Positions 25,223-38,968 of a stretch of DNA of 64,000 bases are shown one piece after another (within the stretch, counting starts at the first letter, position 1; every line of letters begins with the position of its first letter). Source of the DNA: Paecilomyces variotii (taxonomy: Eukaryota). The translations under genes and the position numbers were made by a program. The stretch lies in NCBI GenBank assembly GCA_004022145.1, contig RCNU01000004.1; one strand, written 5' to 3'. Under the pieces are notes generated by a model. That model did not search any database. It was not told the DNA's origin and was given only the letters and a program-made list of their open reading frames with translations.

Positions 25223-26505
25223 CTATTTTTGACCATTTCGCGTCCTGGTCGACCGTCGAACGTTCGTTTTTGGTGGAGACGAAGCTTCTTTTACTTGATC
25301 GTTTGCCTTTGTTCTTCTCGCCGGGGCAGCACGCTTCGGTCGAGGCTGAGTATTCTCCGTTTCCTTATCCACGGATTCTGAAGCCCGCCGTTTGCGCTGC
25401 GAACGTCGCCCCGCAGTAGAGAGTACAGGCACCTCCACAGCGATAGATATTTTCTTATTCTCGTCGCTTCTCGTTGATTTCTGCTGTGAGGCTTTGGTAG
25501 ATGCCCTTTGCTCAGGTTCCGCTGCGTGGTCACTCGCACCAGGTGGTTTATCCTGCACTGTGGCCGTACGTCTGAGTCGGGATGTAGATTTCCGCTGTGG
25601 CCCGTCTTTCGTCTTTACGGCAACAGCTGGCTTTTCGGCACCATTGATGGATAGAGGGGGTGGCGTGAATGATGTGCCCGTATCAGCTTCCGTAATCTGT
25701 TGAGGAACATCTGCTCTAGACACATCGCCTGACAACGGATGACCTTCTGGAGTGATATCTGCAGACCCACTTGAAATCTTTTGTGTCTTTTCTCGTCGGC
25801 TCCTTGTAGCAGTACCATTACTACTAGAAGCAGACTTGGTAGTGTTGGACTTTCTTATCCCATTTCCGTTGCGTTTGGGCTGAGAGTCCTTAAAGATCTC
25901 TCGCCAGTTCCTGAGGAGAGCCACCTTCTCCCCAAAACCGGGTTCATACAGCTGTGCTCTCTGGACAGCGGCATCGTCCGATTTCTTCCATACGACGCCC
26001 TTGAAGGACGACGCGTCTATCAGCTCGAAGGGCGGTGGAGTCTCTTCATCGTCCAAACTCAACTCCGGTATGTCATCCACCCGTGCAAGTTCTCGCTTCT
26101 TTGTGTTCCTCGTCTCATCACCATTCCCTTGGGACTTTGTACGGCTTCTGTATGGAGACGCTCGAGTGCTCCGCAGTTTACGAACCACGGATGCGTCGTC
26201 ATCGTAATAATCGTCCGAATAATATTCCCAGTCGCTGAAGATCTCTACGAGTTCGAGGGCAGGGTCATCCACGGGTATAGGAGAATGCTGAGCAGTTTCC
26301 GCTAGGTTATCCTGTAATATCCGAATTTCAAAGTCAGTTCTCGTTTTCGGTTGCATTTCACCCAGACAGATTTCCACTGCAGAAAATTTTTTCACGAGGG
26401 TTGATGGGGTGTTGAGAAACGCACAGCAATATCAGGGTTTGCGTCCTCAGCCCAATACCATTCGTCCTCGTAGTCATCGTCAACGAAGTCTTCATCGTCC
26501 GACAT
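25223..26505 (-). CDS. Uncharacterised protein within the mcc/ivd cluster (acidic N-terminus, basic disordered C-terminus); exons 26505-26425 and 26311-25223
   Basis: MSDDEDFVDDDYEDEWYWAEDANPDIA spliced (GTGCGT...TACAG) to DNLAETAQHSP...SDWEYYSDDYYDDD...LYEPGFGEKVALLRNWREIFK; long open frame. Confidence 0.8.
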
Positions 26506-27167
26506 GGTGGATAGGGACTCAAAACGCCAATAAGAACTGTTCAGAGAAAATGCGCGGTCGAAGCCAAGACAGGAGTCCGCCCCATTCAGGCTATGTTGGT
26601 GGAAGCAGCGGTTCTCGAGGCAGGAAAAGCTAACAATTCATTCCAAGCTTGCTTTCATCATATGCCGATACCAAGAATAGCTAGAAGGTCAGGTGCCAGG
26701 AACTACTACCCTGGTTTCCGTGATCAGCGAAAAAAGGGTCTCCAAAGCTGACAAGACCACACGAAAATGTGCCACGTCTGCAATCTCAATTCGAATTAAA
26801 CAGTGGCTCGGGAATAAAAGTTGTCTGAGCAAAGACGACGTCTAGGCTGGAAAATGTGACCGCAGCCTTCGAGATCTGAATTTCCCTGCGTTTCCGCTTT
26901 CCTCTTGCGGATCCCGAATTGGAATTCCAGGACAAGGATGGATCGGCGGTGTCACGTGCACGGCTCTTTCCCCGCGTTCGCTTTCCGTCGGCTTAACCAT
27001 TTTCTGGGGTTGAGGGGGCCTGCCGAGGAAAGGGAAGAATGTAATACGTCTCTTTAAGACACCTGTCGGACGGCGGTCTTGTTGATTTCGAAGCATGATT
27101 TGTGTTTCTGGAAATATTTACCACTTATTGTTTTGAGATCCAAAGCAAGAGCTGAGTGTACAGTGCA

Positions 27168-29644
27168 ATGCCTCTGTCCTCGCTTCTCCGCACTACTTCC
27201 CGACTGGGGTCGGCTGCAATCCGATCAACAGCTGCAAGAGCTGCTTCAACAGCAGCAAACCCAGCTGGTGGCCAGACCTCTCTCAACTCTATCCTCGTTG
27301 CAAACCGAGGCGAGATAGCTTTGTAAGTCTTAGTAAGGGCATCTTTGCAGAGGTCACTCTAGTAACGACCGATTGTTTAGGCGAGTCGGACGGACAGCTT
27401 CTCAACACGGTATCCGCATAACTACGTTGTACACAGACCCTGATGCAAAATCCCAGCACGCTCTAAGCTCGCCCTCTGCCTTCAATCTGGGACATACATC
27501 GGCGTATCTCGACGGCGATCGTATCATAGAGATTGCTAAGAGGGAGGGTTGTCAGGCTATACATCCCGGCTACGGCTTTGTTCGTCGTTCCCTAGCACCA
27601 GGCTGTATTTCAACTTTCTAACAGGTAGACAGCTGAGCGAGAATGCTGCTTTTGCCCAAAAGTGTACGCAAGCCGGCCTAGTCTTCATTGGCCCACCATG
27701 GAAGGCTATCGAGGATATGGGAGACAAGAGGTCAGCCCTGATAACCCTCCTACAGACTAGTATCACTGATCCAAATCTAGTCGGTCGAAGGAGATCATGA
27801 CCGCAGCAGGCGTGCCCTGCGTTCCAGGATACCACGGCAGCAACCAGGATCCAGCATTCCTCGAACAAGAGGCCGATAAGATTAAATACCCAGTGCTGAT
27901 TAAAGCAGTCAAGGGCGGAGGAGGGAAGGGCATGCGCATAGCCAATTCCAAAGCGGAGTTTCAAGATCAGCTGCGGTCAGCTCAGTCGGAGGCTCTGAAT
28001 TCCTTCGGAGACGATCATGTGTTGATTGAGAAATATATCACGACGCCACGACACATTGAAGTGCAGGTCTTTGCGGACAAGCACGGAAACTGCGTCGCTT
28101 TAGGTGAGCGAGACTGCAGCATTCAGAGACGCCATCAAAAGATTTTGGAAGAGTCTCCTGCCCCCGATCTGCCTCAAGAGACGAGGAAGGATATCTGGAA
28201 CAAAGCACGGTCGGCTGCATTGGCCGTGGGCTACGAAGGTGCAGGAACTGTCGAGTTCATTTTCGACAATGAGACGGGCGAGTTCTTCTTCATGGAGATG
28301 AATACCAGGCTCCAAGTTGAGCACCCAGTCACAGAGATGGTTACCGGACAAGATCTGGTTCACTGGCAGATCCTCGTCGCTGAAGGAGCCCCTTTGCCAC
28401 TTACCCAAGAAGAAATCGAAGCCACGATCATGAACAGCGGCCATGCCATTGAGGCCAGAATATACGCTGAAAACCCTGACCAAGGCTTCATTCCTGACTC
28501 TGGACTGCTCACCCATGTGCGAACACCTACTCTCGGCAAAGATGTGCGAATTGATGCTGGGTTCGTCGCAGGAGACGAGGTCTCTGCCCATTACGATCCT
28601 ATGATTGCGAAGCTTATCGTGCGAGGCGCAAACCGAACGGAAGCCATTCGCAATTTGACGCTCGCCCTCGAGGAGTATGAGGTTGCTGGACCCGTTACCA
28701 ACATTGAGTTCCTGAAGGCCGTGTGCCAGAGCGAAGATTTCGTCGAGGGCAAGGTTGAGACTGGGTACATTGAGAAGCACAGAGCGGAGCTCTTCGCGGA
28801 GAAGAGTATTCCGGACGAAGTGCTGGCCCAGGTCGCGCTGGCTTGTCTGATCCAGGATTCCACATCTGAACCCGCCGTCCAAACTCACTGTCGAGGACCC
28901 AGAGGAGGATCCGTGGGGTTCGGCCCTGGCTATCAGCAACGACAGTTCACCTTTGCAGAAGAAACGGCAGCTGCTGGACACGGCAAGGAGCATGCAGTCG
29001 AGGTGCACCAAACTGGGGAGGACAAGTTTCGTGTCATTGTCAACGGACAAGTCTGGGACAACGTGACGACCCAGGTTGACTTGCAGTCGAGGGTGGTGCG
29101 ATCATTTTTCCCCCACACACGACTGGACACTACGGTGATACGAGACGAGAACTCGGTGATCGCATTTCAGCGGGGTCGACAGTATCGCCTGGAAATACCG
29201 CGGGGGAAATGGATGGAAAAAGCACTGGGTATCCGTGATGTTGCTAACAGCGTACTAGCACCGATGCCGTGTAAAATCCTTCGTGTTGAGGTCCAGGCAG
29301 GCGACCGGGTGGAGAAGGACCAAGCGCTGGTGGTGATTGAGAGTATGAAGATGGAGACGGTCATCCGCAGCCCGCATCACGGGACCATTGCGCGGGTTGT
29401 ACACAAGAAAGGGGTAGGTCACGCCGCACGTCCAGCTTTTTCTTCGCTATCACCCCGGTTTGGCACGGCCCACGGGGCACTTCCATCGTCATTCTTCGAG
29501 TCTTCTAACTCCCCACAACCCAGCGGGTCTGGGCCCTCGATTGAGTTAATACATAACTATAACTGACTGAGCTGATTTGGGATGCAGGATCAATGCAAGA
29601 GCGGTACGCCGCTGGTCGAATTTGTCGGTGACGATGCAGCATAA
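27168..29644 (+). CDS. mccA: 3-methylcrotonyl-CoA carboxylase alpha (biotin-containing) subunit, mitochondrial (introns approx. 27323-27380, 27580-27632, 27731-27780, 29414-29587)
   Basis: [63 protein letters not shown], biotinylation motif ESMKME; last exon 29588-29644 [18 protein letters not shown]. Confidence 0.96.
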
Positions 29645-31057
29645 TCTGCCGGCCGTCGTGGATGTGTTGGAGATTGAAATGGACCAGAGTCACCACGGAC
29701 CAGGCCTACCATATGATATGAGAGCGTAAATCCGGAGATCGTGCGAGGTGATCGGTCGGGACACTCGGGATAAGATGGCTTCTAGCCATGTTCGGACAGT
29801 TCGGGGGCGCTCTCGGCCCCAGATCGAGGGCCAGCGCTTAGGCACACAACGGCCACGGCTTTCCCCGGAAGTCGGGGAGACAATGGAAGAACAATATGGA
29901 AGAATCATAGCCAAACTCTCTGAGGACCCAAGAACGACCTGGAAGCCGCCATGGCGGTTCCAAGGCACCACACCAGAGTTATAGCTATAGATAGTAACTA
30001 TACGATATTATGGTACGAACAATGGCAACAAATACTCTTCACAGTTAGCACCAGCAATAGAATAATTCCCGCTATCCCACATCCTTCCAGGTCCTGTATC
30101 TCAGCTTCCCCGCTCGTCGCAACTCCTCGTTTCTGTAATCGTGTCCTCGGAGCGGTGAGGGTCCGATACTGAATTTTCTTTTCTTTTCTTTTTTCTTTTT
30201 TCTTTCCTTTTTTTGGGCATCGTTTCACCGTGTACCATAGAATTGTTAACAGACCCTGGTGGTTACTACTACTATGGCCTGATCGTCAAGCACTAGACGG
30301 TAAGCGACAGGGACCAGCAGACCTATTTAATATGCCGGGAGCAGCCACCTCAATGGGCGGTGGCCGTGTTGAACGGGCCAGGCAGATGACAGAGTTGAGG
30401 TGGGATGTTGAACAAGCAGGGGAAGCTATCTTGGACAGTGCCAGGACGGTGTTTGGTCGGTGGCGTCTTTTGGGGAAAAGCATGGACAGAGCTGTCGCGG
30501 AGTGGCGGCTGCGGAGAGAAACTGATAGATAGTCTGATAGTGAAAGCATGCCGCGTAGCTTTGTCCGTTGGCCGTGTTTACCTAGTAGATTCTGGGCAAG
30601 GGGGGGAAGTTGGACAGATCCGGTCGAGACGGGCCTGAAACTGCCACCGCTGGACATCACATGGTTCGCGCACCAGCCCCGCATGTTTTGAAGCTCTGCA
30701 AGCTTTATTTATTAGTACTTCTCTCCCGTCCGAGTTGTCTTCTGTTTCCTTCGAGGTATCTTGTCAAGCACGTCGCGTTATCTGCTCTCTGTTGATCTCC
30801 CTCAGCAGCAGGCCACTGGTGTTCTGGTGCCGCCTCAATTGCTGTTTATCCTCGCCTGCGGAATCCCTTGCTAAGTAGCTTCCTGCCTTAGGCTTTAGTT
30901 CAACGTGTGTATCTAGAGCAGAAGAAGCAGAGTGAGTTAGGGTTTCCACTCGCTGTCGAGCTATTTGAGAAACATATCAAGTCAGCTTACTCTTCCTCTC
31001 CCAACTCCCTTGTTCTGCTGTCACTAAGACCATGTCAGATTCTCCAGCAAAATCACC

Positions 31058-32219
31058 ATGTTCAAGCCTGTGTTGTCACGTACGGCCGTGAGAGCTGTCA
31101 GCCGGGCTACTGCCTCTCGGGTTGTCAATGGCACCCGTCCTATTTCCACCACGCATGCGATGCTGAAGGATGAGCCCAAAGACAAGGATCCCTTCGCCGC
31201 CGCCACGACTGCTGCTCCCGGGGGCGCCTCCGGTCAACACGAGGGTGCCTGGGCGCGTACCGACGAGAACGTCAAGATTGAATACCCGGAGGACCATGAG
31301 ATGCCTCGCAGTCCTATCGTCCAGGGCCGTGGTGGTATGCACTTCAAGCGCACCCTCGCTTCCTTCTCCCTGGAGAACAAGGTCAGCGTGGTCACCGGTG
31401 GTGCTCGTGGTCTGGGTCTAGTCATGGGCCAAGCTCTTGTCAACTCTGGCTCTGATCTGGCCATTGTCGATCTCAACCAGGCGGAGGCTGAGGAGCAGGC
31501 TCAGAAGCTCGTCCAGCAGTTCCGTGACGAGAACCCGGGACTGGACCCTGAAGAGTAAGTTCGATCCAACTCCTAAGTGTGATGAACACCCCATCTAACA
31601 ACTGGAAATAAGCCTCCCTAAGGTTACTGCACACTACTCCGACGTTTCGGACCCCGAGTCCGTAAACAAGGCTTTTGCTGAAATTCTGTCCGCCCACGGC
31701 AAGGTCGACAACCTGGTCACTTCTGCTGGATTCACCGAGAACTTTGATGCGATCTCATACCCACATGACCGCATCAAGAAGCTCTGGGGTGTCAACGTGG
31801 ATGGTACTTACCTGTGGTCCACGGCTGTTGCCAAGCACCTTATGGATCGTAAATCCCCCGGTAGCATTGTCATGATTGGCAGTATGTCTGGTGCCATTGT
31901 CAACGTTCCTCAACCCCAGGCTCCGTACAATGCCGCCAAGGCCGCTGTGCGACACCTGGCTGCATCTTTTGCTGTCGAATGGGCTGGTCACAACATCCGG
32001 GTTAACTGCATTAGCCCCGGTTATATGCTGACGGCCCTCACTCGCAAGATCCTCGACGAGAACCCCGAGCTTAACAAGAAGTGGACCTCCTTGATTCCTG
32101 TTGGCAAGATGGGAACTCCCGAGGACCTCATGGGTGCCGTCACCTTCTTGCTCAGTGATGCTGCCAAGTACATCACTGGTGCGGATCTCCGTGTTGACGG
32201 TGGTTACACTCTTACCTAA
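31058..32219 (+). CDS. Short-chain dehydrogenase/reductase, D-arabinitol 2-dehydrogenase / sorbose-reductase type; exons 31058-31554 and 31613-32219
   Basis: VTGGARGLG cofactor motif, GSMSG, catalytic YNAAK, IRVNCISPGYM, DLRVDGGY; PQPQAPYN segment typical of fungal polyol SDRs. Confidence 0.88.
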
Positions 32220-35200
32220 GGGCGCCACTCCGAACAGCATTTGATATTTCACAATCTTAGCGTTCTGTTTATTTCAACTGGAGCAAAAACATGATATTGG
32301 GTTCGGTTATAGACAGCTGTGATTTTCTTACGAAGGGCAACATCATAACATGTGTCTCCTGGGCCGACTCTTCGGTTCATGGCTTGTGGTTACTATTCTG
32401 TCTATTTGATTCAACGATCCGGAGTTGCACTTTTTCGACTTTCTTGGAAGTGTATCACGTTGCGTCCAGGAGTCCTTCTGTTACGGCTTGTTGGCCTTGC
32501 TTTCTGTGTTCGAGTGCAATTTGATAGATCATGGCACTGTGGACTGTTGGGATGCGTACGACGATAGACTCGTGCGCATCTCTGTTTCTGGGACGGTTGT
32601 ACAAGGCGCTAACTAATACTCATGTTCAGGCGACCCCTGGCAGTCTGGGGTTTTTGTTCTTACTCGGGAACTAGCTTCGAACTGAAGCCTCCTTGTCTTC
32701 TGTCGGACCTTTTGCTTCATCACACTGATAGACCTGTATCACGGCCCACTTATGACTCACGAACAATAAAAGCATAGACCATAGACTATAGATAATTGAT
32801 ACCCATACAATTTATCGACACGAGGAAGAAGAAGAAAAAAGAGAGGCAAAAAAGGATGCTGATACATCTGAAGACAACGACGAAAAAGAAAAGAAAAAGA
32901 GAAGAAACGTTTCAGCAAGATGAGAGCTTGACTTGCATTTTGATTCCAGAAACATCATATGTTCGAGGCATTCCCAACGTCTTTTGAGTTCGCGTCTTGT
33001 CAAGCTTGGTCTGAAAATCATACAACAGTGAACCTCGGACATAGTCGCTCAGCAACAGTACAGCACAGCTTTCAACTCCCTCTTGCCACTTTACAAGTAA
33101 GGTTTGTTACTGAGCGATGGCCCCCCGAAGTAATAATCGATAACTAGAGCCGCAGACGCGGGTAATATAGTTCCTACTACTACTCTAGAATTTACAGATT
33201 ACAGATCAGATCGGTTCCAGATCAATAACGTGGAAGAAAATCGAAGAGGCCGCGGGTGGTTAATTGAGGGGTAGTTGATACTCTAATTGCGTCGAATTTG
33301 ATTGAGTGAATGCCGCGAAGGGATGTTGAGCATCGTGATTATTCCGATGGGTGAGCTGCGCGAGCCATTATGACAAAGGAGGGTATCGATAGTTAACTAA
33401 ACTAATTGATTTCAGTCGTACGGAGTACGTAGTTTATAAGGCTTTTTTTTTTCCTTCGAGAAGTAACTAGTGTCAAGGGTGGACTTGAGCCAGGTACCTT
33501 GATGACATACCTAAATTTGAGCTAACTAACTATGAACTTAAGTATTTACCCCGGCCAAATCGAACTGCTGTCATCCAGGTGGTTCGCATACCGCTTTTCT
33601 AGTTAGTAGGAATGGCCTGCTTCAGTCTCCGGACAATTGCATGAGTCCAGCAGGACCGCTTTTTCAGAGAACAGGATATACAAGTACGGAGTATAGCCAG
33701 GCGGTTCTCTCGACTGCATTATTGGCCGTGTATATATATGCGCTATTATTTGTGTTTAGCAGATAATGCGCCTGGTGAACTCCCAGACACGGAGTAATGC
33801 CTGCATCTGGGAATGGACAGCCATCCCTGCAGGGAGGCGATGCAGCCACCACCGATCAGCACCTTAGAATCGGGATTAACTAATATATCTTAGTGCCCGA
33901 GAAGCCTGTATTAATTACTGTACATATTATTAGATCCATTGTGCTCTGTCAGAATCTCCGGATCCTCAAGGTCGAATGGCAGTGGTCACGGTATGTATGA
34001 AGTTAGGGAAGGAAGAACTCGTAGCGGTGCTTTAGGGCTCTAGTTAAGTCCAGAGCAGAGAGTATTATTATTCGTCAAAGATTTTCGAAGCAAACTGGAA
34101 AAAACCGAATTCTTCACCTCTGGTTGCACGATCGACGATTAGATTCGCCAAGGCCGCAGGAATGGAGATTGCCCGCTTATCTGGAGTCGGGAACTCCCCC
34201 ACATGGCCACAATTGAATCTGATCCTTAACTTCTGGCGCAATTGTTATTCCGTGGCATGCGAACCAGAATCTCTCCGTTCGACGGGTCAACGTTGCAGCG
34301 AAATTGTATGGCCCAATATGGGGAGCAACTCCGATGTCTTTAAAATGACCGAACATGCATGATTCCCGAACATCCGCTTCGTGCCGTTCTGGCTGGTTTA
34401 GCCCAACAGAGCACGTATTTATGGAAGATGCGGTGAAGGATGCTGTGAGAACGGAACGAATGGGAAGTAGAAGGATCATGTACCATATCTAGTGCCACTT
34501 TTCTTTGTCCATATTATTCCCCAAGGCATGTTTTCGCATCAGAGAATGATAGCATGATTGACAGGAGTAATAACTCATAATCATTATCAGGGGACTGCTA
34601 GTCTAGTGGAAATATGGTTCTATAATCTACTCCGTATACCCAACCGACGTCTGTGCTAGGGAAGCTGGGCATCTAGCTCGTTCTCTGGTGCCGGGCCGCG
34701 CCGAGAACCAAAAAAGCTCCTGTTTTTGATGACAAGCTATGACGGGACTCGGCGACCGGCTGATCGTCTCAGCTGTAATAAACTGTAAAGGATTTTCTCG
34801 AAGATCTTCACTCTTGTCTGGAGTCCAGTGTTGCGGACGTGGCCTAGCAGAGGTTGATCCTACAGCGGTGGCAGAGTTACCATAGCCGTGCCTTGCGGAG
34901 CTCACTTCCGCCCTTCCCCAAACGAACGGGTTGACCTTCTGGAAGCCCAGCATCGACCAACAGTGCCTCCTGGCATCGTGATCCGTCTCGTTTGAAACAG
35001 AAAAGTCCTACCAACGCTAAACATCTATCCCATCACCTATCCCTGTCTGGTCCATCTTCTCGCTTGCATACCAGCTCCGGATACAGGCTGCGGTCACCAG
35101 CGTTGCCTCTTTGATCATTGCTTTGTCCTTGCTGGCCCGGAGTGAAGAAAGGAGGCGAAGCCAGTCACAGGCTTTCGGGGTGAAGATAAGTCGCAATCAG

Positions 35201-35507
35201 CGGGTCGGGTCCTCTATCCCTCGATTCAGACGTTCTTCCTTTATCTTCTGGACATAGCCCCCCACATACGAGAAGAGAGTCAGCGCCTCGCTCAGATCGA
35301 TATGGACAAGATTCGTGCAACATGAAGTCTCTCTCTTCTTTGGCACGTGTGAAAGTGGCAACCGTACTTCGATAAACGAGCAGGTTATTCCTGCTTCGAA
35401 CTGATTATCGGGCCGCTAAGCCTTGGCCATGCTGGTTATGTAGTTGTCGGAACAGACGTCCTGAAGCCAATGCCAGTGGTGCACAGCTACCACTTGATTC
35501 TTTTGCG

Positions 35508-37210
35508 ATGACGGAGAATCTACCCAAGGATCTAGTTCTCACGAAGGGGGATGTCGGTTCTGAGTTGGCCGTCTTAGGTGGTGTCGATGTCGACGATATC
35601 ATCAAATTATGGAGAGGTATTGTGCCATTAACCCTTTCCATCTCTCTTTGTGCGGACAGAACAGCAAAGGACTGACTACGACGTTCCATCTAGTATACAA
35701 CACAAACAGTTCTATTCTACGGGATGGAGTAGGACAACGGCTAGAAAACTTCTTCTGGAGAATCTGGAGCAGCAAGCGCATATACAGCTCTCTCTCTGGT
35801 TCCACTCTGGCTACCTTATTCGTGCACATATCTGACGATCGTGCTATCGAAACAATACCAACTGCGACAACGAAAAGGCTTCGTGCATTAGAAACAGTAT
35901 GGGATATCACACAATTAACTATCTAAGTGTCTGCTAACTGTTCTAGGCTCAACAATGCGCTGATCAAGACACCACCATTTGGTCCGCAGCAAAAGCAACT
36001 TCAGAACAAGGCAGCAAGGATGACGGGAGCAAGAAGGGAGAACAGGCTCGCTCCGGACGAACTCAAACGCGTCTTCCGCCCATCCTGAAGAAGTCGCAGG
36101 GAACACAAGCAGAACATCCGAAGACCACTCGAATCTTAATCTCTGATAAAGCCGGAGAGAACATCATGCGGACAACATCCTCCAACCCCCCAACTCCACT
36201 TGCCGGTACGCAAACCCACAAGGAGCCTCCACCAAAACAGAGTCGTAAGAAGACTGCTTTCGTAGCCAACACGGCCCTGAACTCAAGGAGGAGACCGGTT
36301 CTCCTCAGACGCAAGTCATCGCAACAGTCGTCCGGGCAATCATCTGCAAGAGTCTCACCTTTACCAACACCACAACTCACATCAACACCTGCTCGAGAGT
36401 CTCAAGAGTATTTCCCAAAGATTACTACTCAAGTAGAAAAGCCACTTCCTGTGGAAGGTAAGCACATCCTTATCTTGAAGAGTAATACGTCCCCGGGCTC
36501 TCCCGTATTTCCCGACTGTGACTCGTCCCTATCCCTGATACTAATACATCCTATTGGTAGAACCGATCGTGGTTGAACAACCGTCGAAAACAGAGGACCT
36601 GCTTCAGAAAATCCCTCTTCTCATGACCGATGAAGTGCCAATAGCGACGGGACTTCCAGTCGCTGAAGGACCTCCTCCGACTGGTTTCAAAGCGAGCAGC
36701 GTTTACCGCCACAGAAGCCCGGAAAGAAAGCATGATCGTCCACAAGACAAAACCAGCAAGTCTCTCGTCGAAGACGACTTTCGCAGCCGTTTCGCTGAAA
36801 AAGTACATCGGGAATCTTTCGGGGCCTCATCAATGGTAGTATCTGATGTAGTATCATCCGAAGCAACAGAGGAGGCTGATTCAAGATTTGAATCTGGTAT
36901 TTCGAACACGTCCACGAGATCTCCTGGACCGACTGCAGGCAGTGGTTCAATATTATCCGGAAACCTCCAGCGCAGCTCTACACCATCTGACAATCCCCAC
37001 CACCCTATTCTCGAGTCTCGGGGCTCCCCGTATTCATGGTCACATTCTCGTTCTACATCCCCATCCCGACCACGCAGCCAACTAAGCATGATGATCGCAC
37101 AGAGTCGGCGGACAAGCGAGAGCCAACCGAATATATCATGCGGCGAGAGAACCCAAGTTTCTAATAATGTCGATGGCTCCTCCGCCAGTCGACCAGCATC
37201 AGCAGTCTAA
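35508..37210 (+). CDS. DUF1752-like (RLENxxWR) fungal regulatory protein with a long Ser-rich tail; 4 exons
   Basis: MTENLPKDLV...DIIKLWR|VYNTNSSILRDGVGQRLENFFWRIWSS, later LPPILKK and SLVEDDFRSRF; GT-AG introns at approx. 35617-35692, 35897-35946 and 36458-36560. Confidence 0.72.
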
Positions 37211-38317
37211 TTCACAAAGCCAATCCGGAAAAAAAAAAAAAAAAAACAAACCACAAATAAACAATATCATTCCACGTATGCATATCACTCCCTACAGGTT
37301 CATAGAGCCAGCCTGTAATAAATCCGCCTTCCCCATATGTCCCAAATGTTGCAGATATATGGGAGTCAGTTTATCCACTGGCCTCAGCACGATCGATCAC
37401 CACAGAACACCTCTGCCCCGTATTTATATTATTACTCTATTCTTCGATCCATCCTCCTAACAAAGAAGAAAGATCCAAGAGTAGCTAGCTAGCCACGGGT
37501 ATCGAAGAGATATCGCATTTAGCAAATACAATTATGAAACTGACGGTTCAGATGAGCTTACTATGTATGTACTTACTTCTTCTTGCTGTCTCTTCTGTAA
37601 TTCAAATTTCCACCGAATGAGACCAATGATAGTTCGTACGTGATCAAATTGCCTGTGCTGTATCTATATTCTGTCTGTTCTAGTCAGATAGAGTGGGGAA
37701 TTTAATTTGCGATTGAAACGAGCATGAATATAGTATCCAGTATCCGGTATGCCTGGCCACTCATTACTGAGCAAAACTCTGTATCTTCCGCAGTATGGAC
37801 TGCATGTACTATGTAACAAAGAAACACATCTATCGTCAGGTACTCGATCCTGAATGATTGGACAAAGTATGGACTTGTTATTGACCTCGATACGCCTAAG
37901 TAGATGCCCCCTAACTCCTAACTGAATGAAACACTAAACAAGCAGATAGCAACAAAGGAAAGGGTAAGAGACCAAGAATAGAGCAGAAAAAAGGATGCCA
38001 GACACCATACACACAGCACATGATAATGTACATACGCAGATAGAGTGCAGGGCTCAAAGGGGTTAAGCAACCTTCATCCAAGCCAAAAAAAAGGGAAAAT
38101 ACCCGAGAAGATCGGGGCTGCCGAGTGTAAAGCGTGGACGGGAATTTCAATTAAATGACCACCTGACTTCCAGAGTCTATCGTCGTGTGGTCCCTGCAAA
38201 TAAAGGCAGGATCCTGCTTAACTCAAAGACGTATGTCGAGGGCGCCGCCGAAAGGACAGTAATAACAAGGCCGAATAGTTGACCGATAGAGGTTGTACCG
38301 TTGTCTGGACCCGTAGC

Positions 38318-38968
38318 TTATTCGGTGGCCTCGGCCTTTTCCTTTTCAAGGTCACCGACACTTTCAGTATCCTGTGGCACGACCTTGTTGCTCTGCCGCC
38401 AACGCAGACCTGCCCAGAGACCAGTGATGACCCAGAGCCCCAAGTTCGCAATATCGATCCAGACGGCATTCTTCATCTTGTCGACGTTGCTATTATTCTT
38501 AGTGTTGGAGTTTCCGATATACATCTTGCCGAAGATCCCAAAAAGAACCAGCCACAAGATGCATAGAACGGACTGCCATAAAAACAGCGGCAGGTGGAGA
38601 TGTGGGCGTGTTCTCAGAGGCCTGTCTTTGGCGACGAATGCTGCAACCAAGTATATGAACGCCGTGAGTGCTGCGAGACCGCCAGCGACGACGGCATAGA
38701 CCCATTTAGCGTTCACATATACTCCATTTTGGTGGTTGCTGCTGAGGTCTTGACCGTATAGTCCAATGACAACAAGCGCCATCACTAGTTGTATGAAGCG
38801 AATGACATCTTCGAGCAACGCTTTCTTGGAACCGGCCTGGTCGAGAGCCATAGTGGAAGATCCGGACCGGATACCCTGAGGATCGTAGGCTTGCTGCTGC
38901 TGCTCAGCGGTTCGTTTCTTAGCCTGAGAACGAGCGAATCTGAAGATCCTGAGAACAAGAAACAACAT
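38318..38968 (-). CDS. MARVEL-domain four-transmembrane protein (216 aa from the ATG at 38968)
   Basis: IRFIQLVMALVVIGLYGQDL, KWVYAVVAGGLAALT, ILWLVLFGIFGKMYI, MKNAVWIDIANLGLWVIT: four hydrophobic helices in the fungal MARVEL pattern. Confidence 0.8.
   Translation of the reverse strand: MLFLVLRIFRFARSQAKKRTAEQQQQAYDPQGIRSGSSTMALDQAGSKKALLEDVIRFIQLVMALVVIGLYGQDLSSNHQNGVYVNAKWVYAVVAGGLAALTAFIYLVAAFVAKDRPLRTRPHLHLPLFLWQSVLCILWLVLFGIFGKMYIGNSNTKNNSNVDKMKNAVWIDIANLGLWVITGLWAGLRWRQSNKVVPQDTESVGDLEKEKAEATE

Noticed and set aside
29414-29566. ORF-track C-terminus of MccA (VGHAARP...IHNYN)
   Set aside because: Read-through into the last intron; splicing to 29588 completes the biotinyl domain, and the retained form has no PTS1.
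32890-33130. Possible box C/D snoRNA or small exon on the minus strand (ATGATG...CTGA)
   Set aside because: Too short, no terminal stem or recognisable rRNA guide, no convincing upstream exon.
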